A DNA stretch of 64,000 nucleotides from a candidate division CPR3 bacterium GWF2_35_18 (GCA_001771135.1 MESW01000003.1:72719-136718), one strand, 5' to 3'. Shown: positions 20,374 through 30,490, counted from the stretch's first letter. The notes: generated by a model not told the origin, from the letters alone. A program made the numbers and translations.

Positions 20374-21813
20374 CTAATCTAAAGCATCTTTATTAACACC
20401 AGAGCTGAAATCAACCTCTTTGTATTTCTTTAATATGGCTTTAATTTTTTTCTTAAGATCATTATACTTTTTCTGTGTTTTACCTTCGAATTTTACAGTT
20501 AGGTAAGGACCGTTTTGCGACGCTCTAATAATAACCATTTCATCTTTGGTATCTGCTCTAATTCCGTCAATATCAATGTACGAAGCCGTTTTTCCAAAGA
20601 GATTTTTGAATTCTTTGGTTATTTTAGTTTTGATAAAATCGAATTTAATTTCGTCGGCACAACCGAATTTGATCTCCGGAGAAGAGACGTATTTTGGCAT
20701 TTTTGCAACAGTTTCAGAAAGAGTTTGATTCGTGCGTGATAAATACTGTAATAAGCGTAAGGAGGCAAAAGCACCGTCATCATGACCATAAAAGTTATCG
20801 ACAAAAAACATATGACCGGATAGCTCTCCCCCAAAAGCGGCTTTTTCCTGTTTCAGTTTTGCCTTGATAAAAGAGTGTCCTGTCAACCACATCAGCGGAT
20901 TTCCCCCACTGCTTCTAATGACATCCGCAGTTTGTTTGGAACAAAGAGTGTTATAAACAATTGTTCCGCCAGGTTCATAATACAAAACATCTTGGGCAAA
21001 GATAGAAACGAGGTTATCATTCCAAATACTTTGACCTTTATCGTCAACTATTCCGACTCGATCACCGTCAGCATCATAGGTAAAACCCAAGTCAGCTTTT
21101 TCTTTTAAAACCCTTTTACTGAGTCGTTCCAAAACATCATTTTCAGTAGGATCTGGGGTTCCTAGAGGAAAATTACCATTCGGCTCACAATTTTGACGAA
21201 TTACAGAACAACCTGTATCTTCCAAAATTTGTGAAACAAATTCACCAGAATAAGTATTTGAGCCTTCGACAACTACTTTAAATTTTTTATCGATAGTAAC
21301 TCTTTTTAACAAATCGTTTTTGTAATCTTCGAAGATATCTTTTTTTACGAATTGCGCTTGACGATCATATTTTTTAAAGTTACCTTTTTCTACATAACTC
21401 CGCAGCTTTTTAATTTCCTCACTTTCCAGAGTGTCGGAAAAGCTACGTCCAAGCTTAAAGCCATTGTAATCTTTGGGGTTATGAGAAGCGGTAACCATAA
21501 TACAGGCTTTTGAAAGAAAGTGATATTGAGACCAATAAACAATCTGACTCAAACTTTTTCCGATTGAATAAACGTCAACTCCGTTTTTTAGTAATTCATC
21601 AATAACATACTTTTCAATCTCTTCACTACTATTTCTATTGTCACGTCCTACCACAACCTCTTTGATCTGTTTTTCAAAAAGCATAGTCACAAAACCCTTC
21701 ATAATAAGACGTACTGTTTTTTCATTCAGATCATCTGGAACAATACCGCGTAAATCATAGCCACGAAAAATATGAGGATTAACTTTGTTAATGTGAGGGT
21801 TAACTGTTTTCAT
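20374..21813 (-). CDS. Phosphomannomutase/phosphoglucomutase
   Basis: IFRGYDLRG, TASHNP, DADGDR, GELSGH. Confidence 0.92.
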   Translation of the reverse strand: MKTVNPHINKVNPHIFRGYDLRGIVPDDLNEKTVRLIMKGFVTMLFEKQIKEVVVGRDNRNSSEEIEKYVIDELLKNGVDVYSIGKSLSQIVYWSQYHFLSKACIMVTASHNPKDYNGFKLGRSFSDTLESEEIKKLRSYVEKGNFKKYDRQAQFVKKDIFEDYKNDLLKRVTIDKKFKVVVEGSNTYSGEFVSQILEDTGCSVIRQNCEPNGNFPLGTPDPTENDVLERLSKRVLKEKADLGFTYDADGDRVGIVDDKGQSIWNDNLVSIFAQDVLYYEPGGTIVYNTLCSKQTADVIRSSGGNPLMWLTGHSFIKAKLKQEKAAFGGELSGHMFFVDNFYGHDDGAFASLRLLQYLSRTNQTLSETVAKMPKYVSSPEIKFGCADEIKFDFIKTKITKEFKNLFGKTASYIDIDGIRADTKDEMVIIRASQNGPYLTVKFEGKTQKKYNDLKKKIKAILKKYKEVDFSSGVNKDALD

Positions 21814-21869
21814 AATATAAAAATAGAATCACTAGCTGAGTGTTTCTCCTATACTCCTATTATTAATAC

Positions 21870-22634
21870 TTAGGATTTTTTATTATCTAGAAATTTTGTA
21901 AAACTTTCAAAACCTCTTAGAACCTCCAATGGAACCGCAAAAACTATTGTATTGGATTGATCAGAAGAAATATCGTTTATAGAATTTAAAGTTCGCAGGT
22001 GTAAAGCGCCAGGAGTATTGGCCATTAAAGTAGCCGCCTTAGCCAAGTTTTCGGCGGCAATAACTTCTCCTTCAGAATTGATAATCGTCGCTCTTCGTTC
22101 TCGTTCAGCCTCAGCTTGTTTTGCCATAGTTCTCTTCATATTCTCGGGAAGCATTACGTCTTTTAGCGCCACGCTTTGTACGACAACACCCCACATCTCG
22201 GTTGTAGTATCAACAATTTGACGAATTTTCGCCGCCACATCATCACGTTTAGAAAGAAGCTCATCAAGAGTCACATCACCAATAACATCACGCATGGTGG
22301 TTTGTGCAAGCTGTGAAATCGCCCAACGGAAATTTTCAACTTCGAGAATCGCTTTTGAAGCATCATTAATTTTGTAATAAATAACTACCGAGATTCGAGT
22401 CGAAACATTATCTTTGGTGATTGCTTCCTGATCTGGTTCGGCGACCGCTTTGACACGCATATCAACAATCATAATCTTTTGAAAAACAGGGATTACAATT
22501 CTCCAACCCGGACCCAGTACATTAGAAAATTTTCCCATGGTAAATAGAACCGCTCTTTCATACTGATTGATCTGTTTCAGGGAAATAAGTATAAGGAAAA
22601 TTAAAGTAATGAATAAAGCTATGTAACCTGGCAT
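21870..22634 (-). CDS. SPFH/stomatin-like (slipin) protein
   Basis: N-terminal TM, YERAVLF, ITKDNV, AKQAEAERERRA. Confidence 0.9.
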   Translation of the reverse strand: MPGYIALFITLIFLILISLKQINQYERAVLFTMGKFSNVLGPGWRIVIPVFQKIMIVDMRVKAVAEPDQEAITKDNVSTRISVVIYYKINDASKAILEVENFRWAISQLAQTTMRDVIGDVTLDELLSKRDDVAAKIRQIVDTTTEMWGVVVQSVALKDVMLPENMKRTMAKQAEAERERRATIINSEGEVIAAENLAKAATLMANTPGALHLRTLNSINDISSDQSNTIVFAVPLEVLRGFESFTKFLDNKKS

Positions 22635-22725
22635 AATATATCCTTTCTTAAAAATAATGTGTACTAATTATATACTCGAAATTATCTAAAACTCAAATTT
22701 TAGAATGCCTAGAAAAATTATTGGA

Positions 22726-22749
22726 AAAAAGTCAAAAACTTGACTTTTT
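22726..22749 (-). terminator. Weak AT-rich hairpin at the trmD stop
   Basis: AAAAAGTCAA-AAAC-TTGACTTTTT. Confidence 0.4.
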
Positions 22750-23422
22750 AAAGTAGGTCTTTTCTCTTTTTTTTAGTTACTTTTAACCGCTGTTCATTTT
22801 TCCATTTTTTTATTTCAGCATGGTTACCGGAGAGCAAAACCGAAGGAACTTTTAAACCACGAAATTCGGCCGGACGTGTATATTGAGGATATTCAAGAGA
22901 ATTATTAGAAAATGACTCATCTTCTGTGCCACCTTCTCCTTCTATAACTCCAGGAATTAACCTAACTATAGTATCAACAATAACTATCGCCGGAAGCTCT
23001 CCTCCAGTCAAAACATAGTCACCGATGGAAATCTCTTCATCGACTAAAGTATCAATAACTCTTTGGTCAACACCTTCATAGTGGCCGCAAAGAAGAATTA
23101 AATGTTGTTTTTTTGACAACTGCCTGGCTTTATTCTGTTTAAAGATTTTTCCTTGAGGAGAGAGATAAATAACATGTGAATCCGAATTTTTAGATTTTAA
23201 GTCTTCAATACATTCAAACAAGATTTCCGGTATCAAAAGCATCCCTGGCCCTCCCCCAAACGGTTTATCATCAACTGTTTGATGCCGATCAGTAGCCCAA
23301 TGACGTAAATTATTAATCTGAATATTAGTCAACCTTTTATCTTGAGCTCTTTTTATAATAGACTCCGAAAAAGGCCCCTCAAACATCTTGGGAAAAAGAG
23401 TAATAATATCTACTTTTAACAT
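22748..23422 (-). CDS. trmD: tRNA (guanine-N1)-methyltransferase
   Basis: VDDKPFGGGPGM, LSPQG, CGHYEGVDQR, SIGDYVLTGGE, LEYPQYTRP. Confidence 0.97.
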   Translation of the reverse strand: MLKVDIITLFPKMFEGPFSESIIKRAQDKRLTNIQINNLRHWATDRHQTVDDKPFGGGPGMLLIPEILFECIEDLKSKNSDSHVIYLSPQGKIFKQNKARQLSKKQHLILLCGHYEGVDQRVIDTLVDEEISIGDYVLTGGELPAIVIVDTIVRLIPGVIEGEGGTEDESFSNNSLEYPQYTRPAEFRGLKVPSVLLSGNHAEIKKWKNEQRLKVTKKKRKDLL

Positions 23423-23427
23423 AGGAT

Positions 23428-23538
23428 TTATTGAATAAAAATAAATAACAGACTAAAAAAAAGTCCAGAAAGGCCAAATGCTAGAACTAGTAATAACCCG
23501 CATCCTGATTTGATATAATCTCTGACAAAATCTGACAT
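23428..23538 (-). CDS. Small membrane peptide (36 aa), absent from the ORF track
   Basis: GGAG RBS then ATG; MSDFVRDYIKSGCGLLLVLAFGLSGLFFSLLFIFIQ*. Confidence 0.5.
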   Translation of the reverse strand: MSDFVRDYIKSGCGLLLVLAFGLSGLFFSLLFIFIQ

Positions 23539-23614
23539 ATTAAATCTCCAGCTATAATTATTTATCGGTATTCTACTACATTATAATCAATTCACACAAC
23601 TTTTATTGAAAATT

Positions 23615-23740
23615 TTAATCAAAAAGCCGAGCGTAATAATTTGCGAAGTAAGCACCGATTACTAAGATTATAATAGCGATGAATACTAGAATTGCTACAA
23701 TTATAACCACTTTACCGTTTTGAGATTTAATTAGATTCAT
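23615..23740 (-). CDS. Small pilin-like membrane peptide (41 aa), absent from the ORF track
   Basis: MNLIKSQNGKVVIIVAILVFIAIIILVIGAYFANYYARLFD*; starts 18 nt after the SAM synthetase stop. Confidence 0.5.
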   Translation of the reverse strand: MNLIKSQNGKVVIIVAILVFIAIIILVIGAYFANYYARLFD

Positions 23741-23758
23741 TGAAATTATCTTCCGGTC

Positions 23759-24964
23759 TTACCAAACCATAAACTCACCACGCGCCAATTTGTCAGAAAA
23801 GTTGTAGATATCTTGAAGTTCTGATTCAATAATCTTATTAACCTGATCCCGTACATCAGCTACCTTATAACCATCTTTCATAATAAGTTGAGCCGAGGCA
23901 ATCATCGGATCTTCAATAGGATGTCCTATTTGGGAGCATAACCAAACATATACTTCTTTCAGTCCGGGGGTTCCAGCATAAATGTGCGCCGCAATGTGAT
24001 GAGATAAAAGATTGTATATCTTTCCCACATGTGCAACTGGATTTTTCCCTGCAGCTGCTTCAGTACTCATAGGACGATTCAAGGCAATAAGACCGTTGAC
24101 ACGATTACCTCTACCCACCTGTCCGCAGTCTCCGTTTTCTGCAGAAGTTCCAACTACGGTTAAGTACATTCCAGATTCACCTCGTGTTTGATCATCAAGA
24201 GTATTGATATCAATGGAAACTTTATTGATTCGGTGTTTCTTCTCAGCAACATAATCTAAAATCATCTCTTTGATACTCTCTTTTTGAGTAAAATATTGTT
24301 TTTGGCTTTCAATATATCGATCTATAAAAGCCATCGCAACCGTGATTTTAAGTTCATCGCCGCGACGAAATCCCATGATTTTAATATCTTCACCGATTGA
24401 GGGAAAGACATTCTTTGTTTCATCAAGGTTTAAAAAATGTTCGAGATCATAAACAATCTGTTCGGTTTCAGTTAAGGGAGCATATCCAACCGCAGCCGAG
24501 GTATCATTGGCACCGATTTTTTCTCTTTCAAAGTTGTCAACAAGATCGGCTGACCCAGGTTGAATCTCATTTTGGAAGATAAAATGTTTTTCCGGGTTAA
24601 TGTTTCGCAAATGATCCTTGAGCCATTTTCTTGCGGTTGTAATTGCGATATCATTAACAGGAATTTCAACATTCCCGTATTTATTCAACGCTCTATCTCC
24701 CAAAACTAACTTCATGGGGACAATAATTTTTCCACCACCAATCTTTGCCTTTGATTGACCTGCGACTAAAAGACTTTTGTCAATATTATGGTGTAGAATT
24801 TTCCCCACTCTTTTTTTATATTCACTACAAAGAGCTACGGAAATAGCATCTCCAATTCCATCACAAATAGAGTCAGGATGTCCCACTCCTTTTCTCTCTA
24901 CAAGTTCAGTTACTTGTTCTTCAACGGGAGTGTTTTTTATCTCTTCAACCGTAATATTAGGCAT
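23759..24964 (-). CDS. mat: S-adenosylmethionine synthetase, archaeal type
   Basis: ELVERKGVGHPDSICD, ANDTS, GEDIKIMG, GRGNRVNGLI, AGKNPVAHVGKIYN. Confidence 0.92.
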   Translation of the reverse strand: MPNITVEEIKNTPVEEQVTELVERKGVGHPDSICDGIGDAISVALCSEYKKRVGKILHHNIDKSLLVAGQSKAKIGGGKIIVPMKLVLGDRALNKYGNVEIPVNDIAITTARKWLKDHLRNINPEKHFIFQNEIQPGSADLVDNFEREKIGANDTSAAVGYAPLTETEQIVYDLEHFLNLDETKNVFPSIGEDIKIMGFRRGDELKITVAMAFIDRYIESQKQYFTQKESIKEMILDYVAEKKHRINKVSIDINTLDDQTRGESGMYLTVVGTSAENGDCGQVGRGNRVNGLIALNRPMSTEAAAGKNPVAHVGKIYNLLSHHIAAHIYAGTPGLKEVYVWLCSQIGHPIEDPMIASAQLIMKDGYKVADVRDQVNKIIESELQDIYNFSDKLARGEFMVW

Positions 24965-25078
24965 ATAAGCTCCTTGTAATAAATGAATATAATCTTTTAA
25001 AACAGCCTGAAATTATGGTAACATATATACTAAAGTTCTTCTAGTATTTAATTTAAAGTAATTAACGGAGATTAGTTT

Positions 25079-25999
25079 ATGTCTGATCAAATATATATTA
25101 CTGGTCATAAAAATCCAGATACAGATTCAATCTGCTCGGCGATAGCCTATGCGGAGTTAAAGCGTAGTTTAGGAATTAATGCCATTCCGATGCGTTGTGG
25201 TGAAACTAATGAAGAAACGAATTTTGCCTTGGAAAAGTTCGGATACCAATCTCCAGAATTAGTTGAAGATGTCAAAGAAAAAAGTATCGTTCTTATCGAT
25301 CATAATGAATCAAATCAATCCCCAAATGGCATTGAAGAGGCAGAAATAGTTGAAGTTCTAGATCATCATAAAATTAATTTTAATAACAGTAAACCACTTA
25401 TTTTTTTTAGTAAACCGGTAGGATGCACCGCAACCTTAGTCTATGAAAAATATCTTGAAGCTAAGGTCGCATTAACAAAAAACGTAGCTGGAATTTTACT
25501 CTCGGCAATTCTTTCGGACACTATCGTTTTCAAAGGTCCAACCACGACGGTTTCGGATGTTGAAATTGCAAAAACACTCGCCAAGATCGCTAATATCACT
25601 GACTTGGAAAAGTTCGGAATAGAACTTAAAAAACAAAAAGCTTCTCTCTTTGGCAAAAGCGCTACCGACCTTATTAACTCTGATCTAAAAGAATTTAATT
25701 TCAAAGATAAAAAAGTTGCTATCGGACAGATTGAGATTGTTGAAAATTCCGAATTTGAAAGCCGCAAAAAAGAGATTCTTACTGAACTCCAAAAAATAAA
25801 AGAAGCTAAAAATCTATCTTTAATTGCTTTTATGGCAACAAATATTATTGAAATGGGAACTACTCTTCTTTGTGTCGGAGAAACGGAAATTATTGAAAAA
25901 GCTTTTCACAAAAAAGTTGCCGAGAATTCTGTCTATCTCAAAAACGTAATGTCTCGAAAAAAAGATATTGTTCCACCACTAGAAAAAGCATTTTCATAA
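25079..25999 (+). CDS. ppaC: Mn-dependent family II inorganic pyrophosphatase
   Basis: GHKNPDTDS, DHNE, DHH, AILSDT, MSRKK. Confidence 0.95.
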   Translation: MSDQIYITGHKNPDTDSICSAIAYAELKRSLGINAIPMRCGETNEETNFALEKFGYQSPELVEDVKEKSIVLIDHNESNQSPNGIEEAEIVEVLDHHKINFNNSKPLIFFSKPVGCTATLVYEKYLEAKVALTKNVAGILLSAILSDTIVFKGPTTTVSDVEIAKTLAKIANITDLEKFGIELKKQKASLFGKSATDLINSDLKEFNFKDKKVAIGQIEIVENSEFESRKKEILTELQKIKEAKNLSLIAFMATNIIEMGTTLLCVGETEIIEKAFHKKVAENSVYLKNVMSRKKDIVPPLEKAFS

Positions 26000-26019
26000 A
26001 CATAAAGTGATCTTATTGG

Positions 26020-26058
26020 AAAGGGGAGGAGTGATATTTATCACTCCTCCCCTTTTTT
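26020..26058. terminator. Strong intrinsic terminator between the convergent ppaC and ABC substrate-binding gene
   Basis: AAAGGGGAGGAGTGATA-TT-TATCACTCCTCCCCTTTTTT. Confidence 0.9.
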
Positions 26059-26080
26059 GAATCCGTAATTTGAGAGGAAA

Positions 26081-27076
26081 CTATAGAGACTCTACAAATT
26101 GATTATCAGTATAGTCTATAAGAGTCTTTTTGTTATCAATCAGTTTAAACGATTCTAAAGTGTTTATCGTTTCCAAAAAAGTTTCTTCACTTATTTTTGG
26201 ACTGTTCCAAAACTCCAAACACTTTTGTAGAATCAAAAGTTGGGTATCTTTGACACTATCCTCAAGTTGTAATTCATTTGATGTAATTGCAAAAGCGCTC
26301 TGGTGATCATTCCAGGTTTTTTCAATTCCTTTCCACGTGGCTCTGACAAAAGCCTTCGCCACATCATTCTTATCTTTAATGACACTGTCGCTAGCAACAA
26401 TTCCAGCGGAAGCAAAATTCAGATAGTCCGAAAGTTCAATTACATTTACTTCATATCCCAATTTTTTAAGTTGAATTGGTTCATTCATGGAAAAAACCAC
26501 GACCGCATCTACCTTATTCTCAGTTAGAGATTGAACTTGGGTATAACCAACTGGAGATAAAGTAACTTCGTTCTCATTAATATTTTGATCTTGTAAAAAG
26601 GCTTGAAGGCCGATGTAAGAGCTACCATAGAAACCAGGCAAACCAATGTTTTTTCCTTTTAAATCACCAGGGTTAACAATTTCCTTATCTTTCAAAGAAA
26701 CTATGGCGATGGGAAATTTTGAATAATAGGTCATTATATATTTGACCGGAATATCCTTATCTTCTGCCAAAACTACTTCATCCCCATTGGCAATCACGAA
26801 ATCTAGTTCATTTTGCCCCAAAAGTTTCAGAAGATCCGTAGACATTGAGTAGTCAAACTCCACTTCTAAGCCTTCATCTTCGTAATATCCATTTTCGTCC
26901 GCAACATAGAACGGAGTAAATTGAATATTCGGAATATATCCCATACCAATTTTAACCTTTGTCAGATTACTATTTTGATCCTCTGCTGTTTTTTGGAAAA
27001 ACTTTTGATTCAGAAAAATGATCAATCCCGTTAAGATTAAAAGGATAAAGATTGAAGTAATTAATTTTACTTTCAT
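26081..27076 (-). CDS. NMT1/THI5-family ABC substrate-binding protein (RibY-like, probably riboflavin)
   Basis: MGYIPNIQFTPFYVADENGYY, GSSYIGL, NEPIQL; next to a riboflavin kinase. Confidence 0.8.
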   Translation of the reverse strand: MKVKLITSIFILLILTGLIIFLNQKFFQKTAEDQNSNLTKVKIGMGYIPNIQFTPFYVADENGYYEDEGLEVEFDYSMSTDLLKLLGQNELDFVIANGDEVVLAEDKDIPVKYIMTYYSKFPIAIVSLKDKEIVNPGDLKGKNIGLPGFYGSSYIGLQAFLQDQNINENEVTLSPVGYTQVQSLTENKVDAVVVFSMNEPIQLKKLGYEVNVIELSDYLNFASAGIVASDSVIKDKNDVAKAFVRATWKGIEKTWNDHQSAFAITSNELQLEDSVKDTQLLILQKCLEFWNSPKISEETFLETINTLESFKLIDNKKTLIDYTDNQFVESL

Positions 27077-27834
27077 ATTTTTTGACCTCTTTTAATAAAA
27101 AATGATTCTAAGCTGGAAGAGATAGTATATAAAATAATTCCCAATAAAGCGAGAATAAAAATAACAGCAAAAAGCTGTGGAGTATCAAATAAACCTAACG
27201 AGGAATTAATTAAAAATCCTAAACCTTTATCTGCTCCCATAAATTCACCGACAATAGCTCCGACGATCGCCAGAACCATTCCGATTTTCATACTCGAAAA
27301 TATATACGGTAATGAGTGTGGGATTTCTAGTCTAAGTAAATTATCTAGAAATGAGGAATTAAGGGTACACATCAACTCTTTTTTGGTTTCTTCAATATTA
27401 CTTATGGCTGTGATGGTATTCACCATAACCGGGAAAAAAACGATAATCGAGCAGATCACGATCTTAGAGGTAATACCTGAACCAAACCAGATAATAAAGA
27501 TTGGGGCCAAAGCTACAATAGGTATTGATTGAAAAGCCACAATGTAAGGAGTAATTGTCAGATGCAAAATTCTTTTTTTGGCAAAAATATATCCGAAGAA
27601 CATCGCCAAAATTGATCCAAATAAAAATCCCGCAAAAATCTCAGTCAAAGTAATCTGAAGATGTGGATAGATTTTTCCACTCTGTATAAGATATACTAGC
27701 TTCTGCGACACAAGAGAAGGAGCAGGTAAAATATAAGTCGGATAGTGAAAAATCCAAATAACACCTTTCCATAAAAAATAAACAACAATCAGGGCAATTA
27801 CGATCTGGAAGAATTTAATTAGATAACGATTCAT
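27073..27834 (-). CDS. NitT/TauT-family ABC permease (RibX-like)
   Basis: YILPAP, QSIPIVALAP, GAIVGEF, KGLG. Confidence 0.85.
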   Translation of the reverse strand: MNRYLIKFFQIVIALIVVYFLWKGVIWIFHYPTYILPAPSLVSQKLVYLIQSGKIYPHLQITLTEIFAGFLFGSILAMFFGYIFAKKRILHLTITPYIVAFQSIPIVALAPIFIIWFGSGITSKIVICSIIVFFPVMVNTITAISNIEETKKELMCTLNSSFLDNLLRLEIPHSLPYIFSSMKIGMVLAIVGAIVGEFMGADKGLGFLINSSLGLFDTPQLFAVIFILALLGIILYTISSSLESFFIKRGQKI

Positions 27835-27861
27835 AAATAAACATTTTGATGGGAATAACTA

Positions 27862-28257
27862 TTAAAACTTTACGAAAAACATTTTTGCTTTTTTAATGTC
27901 GTCTTCAATTTGCCAAATCAGCTCTTGCTCGGAATGAAACCTATGCATCTCTCGGATTTTTTTCCAAAAAGAAACCGTGATCAGCTTTCCATAGATACTT
28001 TCTGAAAAATCAAAGAAATAGATATCAATGCGTGGTCTATTATCAAAAAAGGTTAATGGAGCACCAATATTAGCAACACCTTTATATTCTTTCCCTTCCA
28101 AAACAATCGTTACAATATAAACTCCATCGGAAGCAAATACATTACCTTTGGGATAATCAATATTTGCTGTTGGAAAGCCTAATTTCCGTCCGCGACTAAT
28201 ACCTTTGATCACTTTGTTCGATAAAACAAATAGTGGTTTATCTTTAATATCTTTCAT
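27862..28257 (-). CDS. Stand-alone riboflavin kinase (RibF kinase domain only)
   Basis: GRKLGFPTANI, DGVY, NIG, KIRE..RF, QIEDD. Confidence 0.85.
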   Translation of the reverse strand: MKDIKDKPLFVLSNKVIKGISRGRKLGFPTANIDYPKGNVFASDGVYIVTIVLEGKEYKGVANIGAPLTFFDNRPRIDIYFFDFSESIYGKLITVSFWKKIREMHRFHSEQELIWQIEDDIKKAKMFFVKF

Positions 28258-28342
28258 ATTTCAAATTATACTTTAATTTATTAATATTGAAAACTCAAAA
28301 ATATATTTTATAATAATTTTTATAAAAAAAATGTAAGACTGC

Positions 28343-29203
28343 TTACTTTATCAAAGACGCTTTTAGGATATTCTGTAAAAGCATCGCTACCGTCATTGGC
28401 CCAACGCCACCCGGAACCGGTGTGATCAAACTGGCTTTGGATTTAACTTTTTCAAAATCAGTATCACCAACAATATGATAACCCTTTTTACTCTGATCCG
28501 TAACTCGGTTTAAAGCAACGTCAATAACGACGGCTCCTTTTTTAACCATCTCGGCGGTTACAAGAGCTTCCTGTCCAGCCGCACAAACTAGAATATCCGC
28601 ATTTTGCGTGTGAAATTTTAGATCTTTTGTCTGTGAATGGCAGATTGTCACAGTAGCTCCTTTTTGCAGTAGAAGATAAGAAAGTGGTTTACCGATAATA
28701 TTACTTCTTCCAATTACAACCACGTTCTTGCCATTCACATCTACTTCATACTCCTCGAGGAGTCGCATCACTCCCGCTGGGGTACAAGGAATCATTGTTT
28801 CCAGAGAGGCTTTTTTAGCCATGGAAAAGAGTAAACCTCTGTTTATGGGATTAAATCCGTCAACATCCTTCCAAGGATCAATTGCTTCTTGGATTTTGAT
28901 AAGATCTAACGATACCGAAATTGGTAATTGCACCAGAATTCCCTGTACCTTTCTATCAGCATTTAACTTTTGAATTAAAGAAATTACTTCATTAATTTCC
29001 ACACTGCTAACAAATTCATGCAGAAAAAACTGAATTCCGACTTCTTTGCAGGCAATTTCTTTCTGTTCGATATACAGCTTTGATTCCCAATTATCTCCAA
29101 TCAGGATTACAGCCAATCCTGGCTGAAAACCAAGACCTGCTATTTTTGATTTTACGTCACCTCGGATTTTTTTAGCTACAGCTCTTCCATCAATAATACT
29201 CAC
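28343..29203 (-). CDS. folD: Methylenetetrahydrofolate dehydrogenase/cyclohydrolase
   Basis: GILVQLP, KDVDG, PCTPAG, GRSNIIGKP, TPVPGGVGPMT. Confidence 0.95.
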   Translation of the reverse strand: MSIIDGRAVAKKIRGDVKSKIAGLGFQPGLAVILIGDNWESKLYIEQKEIACKEVGIQFFLHEFVSSVEINEVISLIQKLNADRKVQGILVQLPISVSLDLIKIQEAIDPWKDVDGFNPINRGLLFSMAKKASLETMIPCTPAGVMRLLEEYEVDVNGKNVVVIGRSNIIGKPLSYLLLQKGATVTICHSQTKDLKFHTQNADILVCAAGQEALVTAEMVKKGAVVIDVALNRVTDQSKKGYHIVGDTDFEKVKSKASLITPVPGGVGPMTVAMLLQNILKASLIK

Positions 29204-29254
29204 CTAATTATCTCCTTTAACATAATTATTTTTGCAATTCAAAGCGTGCTTTAC

Positions 29255-30490
29255 TTAGATTCCCTTCAATTTCATTGCATCAGCTACCTTCTGAACAGCC
29301 AAAGAGTATACACCCATACGCATATCAATATTATATTTTCTGGCAGCAGTCAATCCTTCTTTAAAAGCATTTACCATAATCGGCTTTAATTTATTAAAAA
29401 CCTCTTCCTTCGTCCAATAATAACCCATTCGATTTTGGACCCATTCAAAATAGGAAACAGTTACGCCACCGGAATTGGAAAGCACATCAGGGACAAATAG
29501 GACTTTTTTATCATGCAGAATCACATCTGCTTCCGGAGTAATCGGACCGTTTGCCATCTCGATAATCAGTTTCGTCTTTATTTTTGGCGCATTATCTTTG
29601 GTAATTACACTTTCTAGTGCTGCAGGAACTAAAATCGTTACTGGTAATTCAAGGAGCTCATCATTGGTAATGTTTTTCGCACCTTTGAAATCTTGAATTT
29701 TACCGGTTTCTTTTTTATATTTTTTCACTGTTTCCACATCAAACCCCTTTTCTGAATAAATACCACCCCTAGAATCAGAAAGAGCGACTATTTTGAATCC
29801 GGCTTTTTGTGCTAAAAGTGCAAAGTAGTATCCGACATTTCCGAATCCTTGAACAGCAATCTTGGTCGCACTTGGTTTTAATTTGAATTCTTTTGCCAAA
29901 GCTTCTAGGACATAGACTCCACCTTGACCGGTAGCTTCAGTTCTTCCTTGTGATCCACCTATTTCCAAAGGTTTTGCAGTAATCACCGCTAGATCGAGCT
30001 TTCCAGTCAGTTTTGCGTATTCGTCTACCATCCAAGCCATAATTTGGGAAGTCGTATTCACATCAGGAGCCGGAACATCTACATCAGAACCGATAAATTG
30101 CCAGATCGCGCGAATATAACCACGGGAAAGTCGTTCAAGTTCACCAATTGAAAGCTCTTTAGGATTCACAATAATTCCCCCTTTTCCACCACCGTAGGGA
30201 ATTCCGGCCACACTACATTTCCAAGTCATCCAAGCTGAAAGCGCTTTGACTTCAGACAAGGAAACATTTTGGTGATAACGAATTCCACCTTTATAAGGAC
30301 CGCGAGCGTTGTTATATTGACTACGAAATCCTGTAAAAACCTTGATCTTTCCATTATCCATTTTCACGGGTATAGCAACAGTTAAAACTCTATCTGGTTC
30401 TGATAATCTCTCTTTGATATCAGGATCAAGATTGATAATCTTGGCAATTTTGTCAATCTGCTTCATTGCATTTTGATACGGATCGGACAT
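29255..30490 (-). CDS. gdhA: Glutamate dehydrogenase (Glu/Leu/Phe/Val family)
   Basis: KGGIRYH, GGGKGG, VPAPDVNT, QGFGNVG, NSGGVTVSYFEW. Confidence 0.9.
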   Translation of the reverse strand: MSDPYQNAMKQIDKIAKIINLDPDIKERLSEPDRVLTVAIPVKMDNGKIKVFTGFRSQYNNARGPYKGGIRYHQNVSLSEVKALSAWMTWKCSVAGIPYGGGKGGIIVNPKELSIGELERLSRGYIRAIWQFIGSDVDVPAPDVNTTSQIMAWMVDEYAKLTGKLDLAVITAKPLEIGGSQGRTEATGQGGVYVLEALAKEFKLKPSATKIAVQGFGNVGYYFALLAQKAGFKIVALSDSRGGIYSEKGFDVETVKKYKKETGKIQDFKGAKNITNDELLELPVTILVPAALESVITKDNAPKIKTKLIIEMANGPITPEADVILHDKKVLFVPDVLSNSGGVTVSYFEWVQNRMGYYWTKEEVFNKLKPIMVNAFKEGLTAARKYNIDMRMGVYSLAVQKVADAMKLKGI

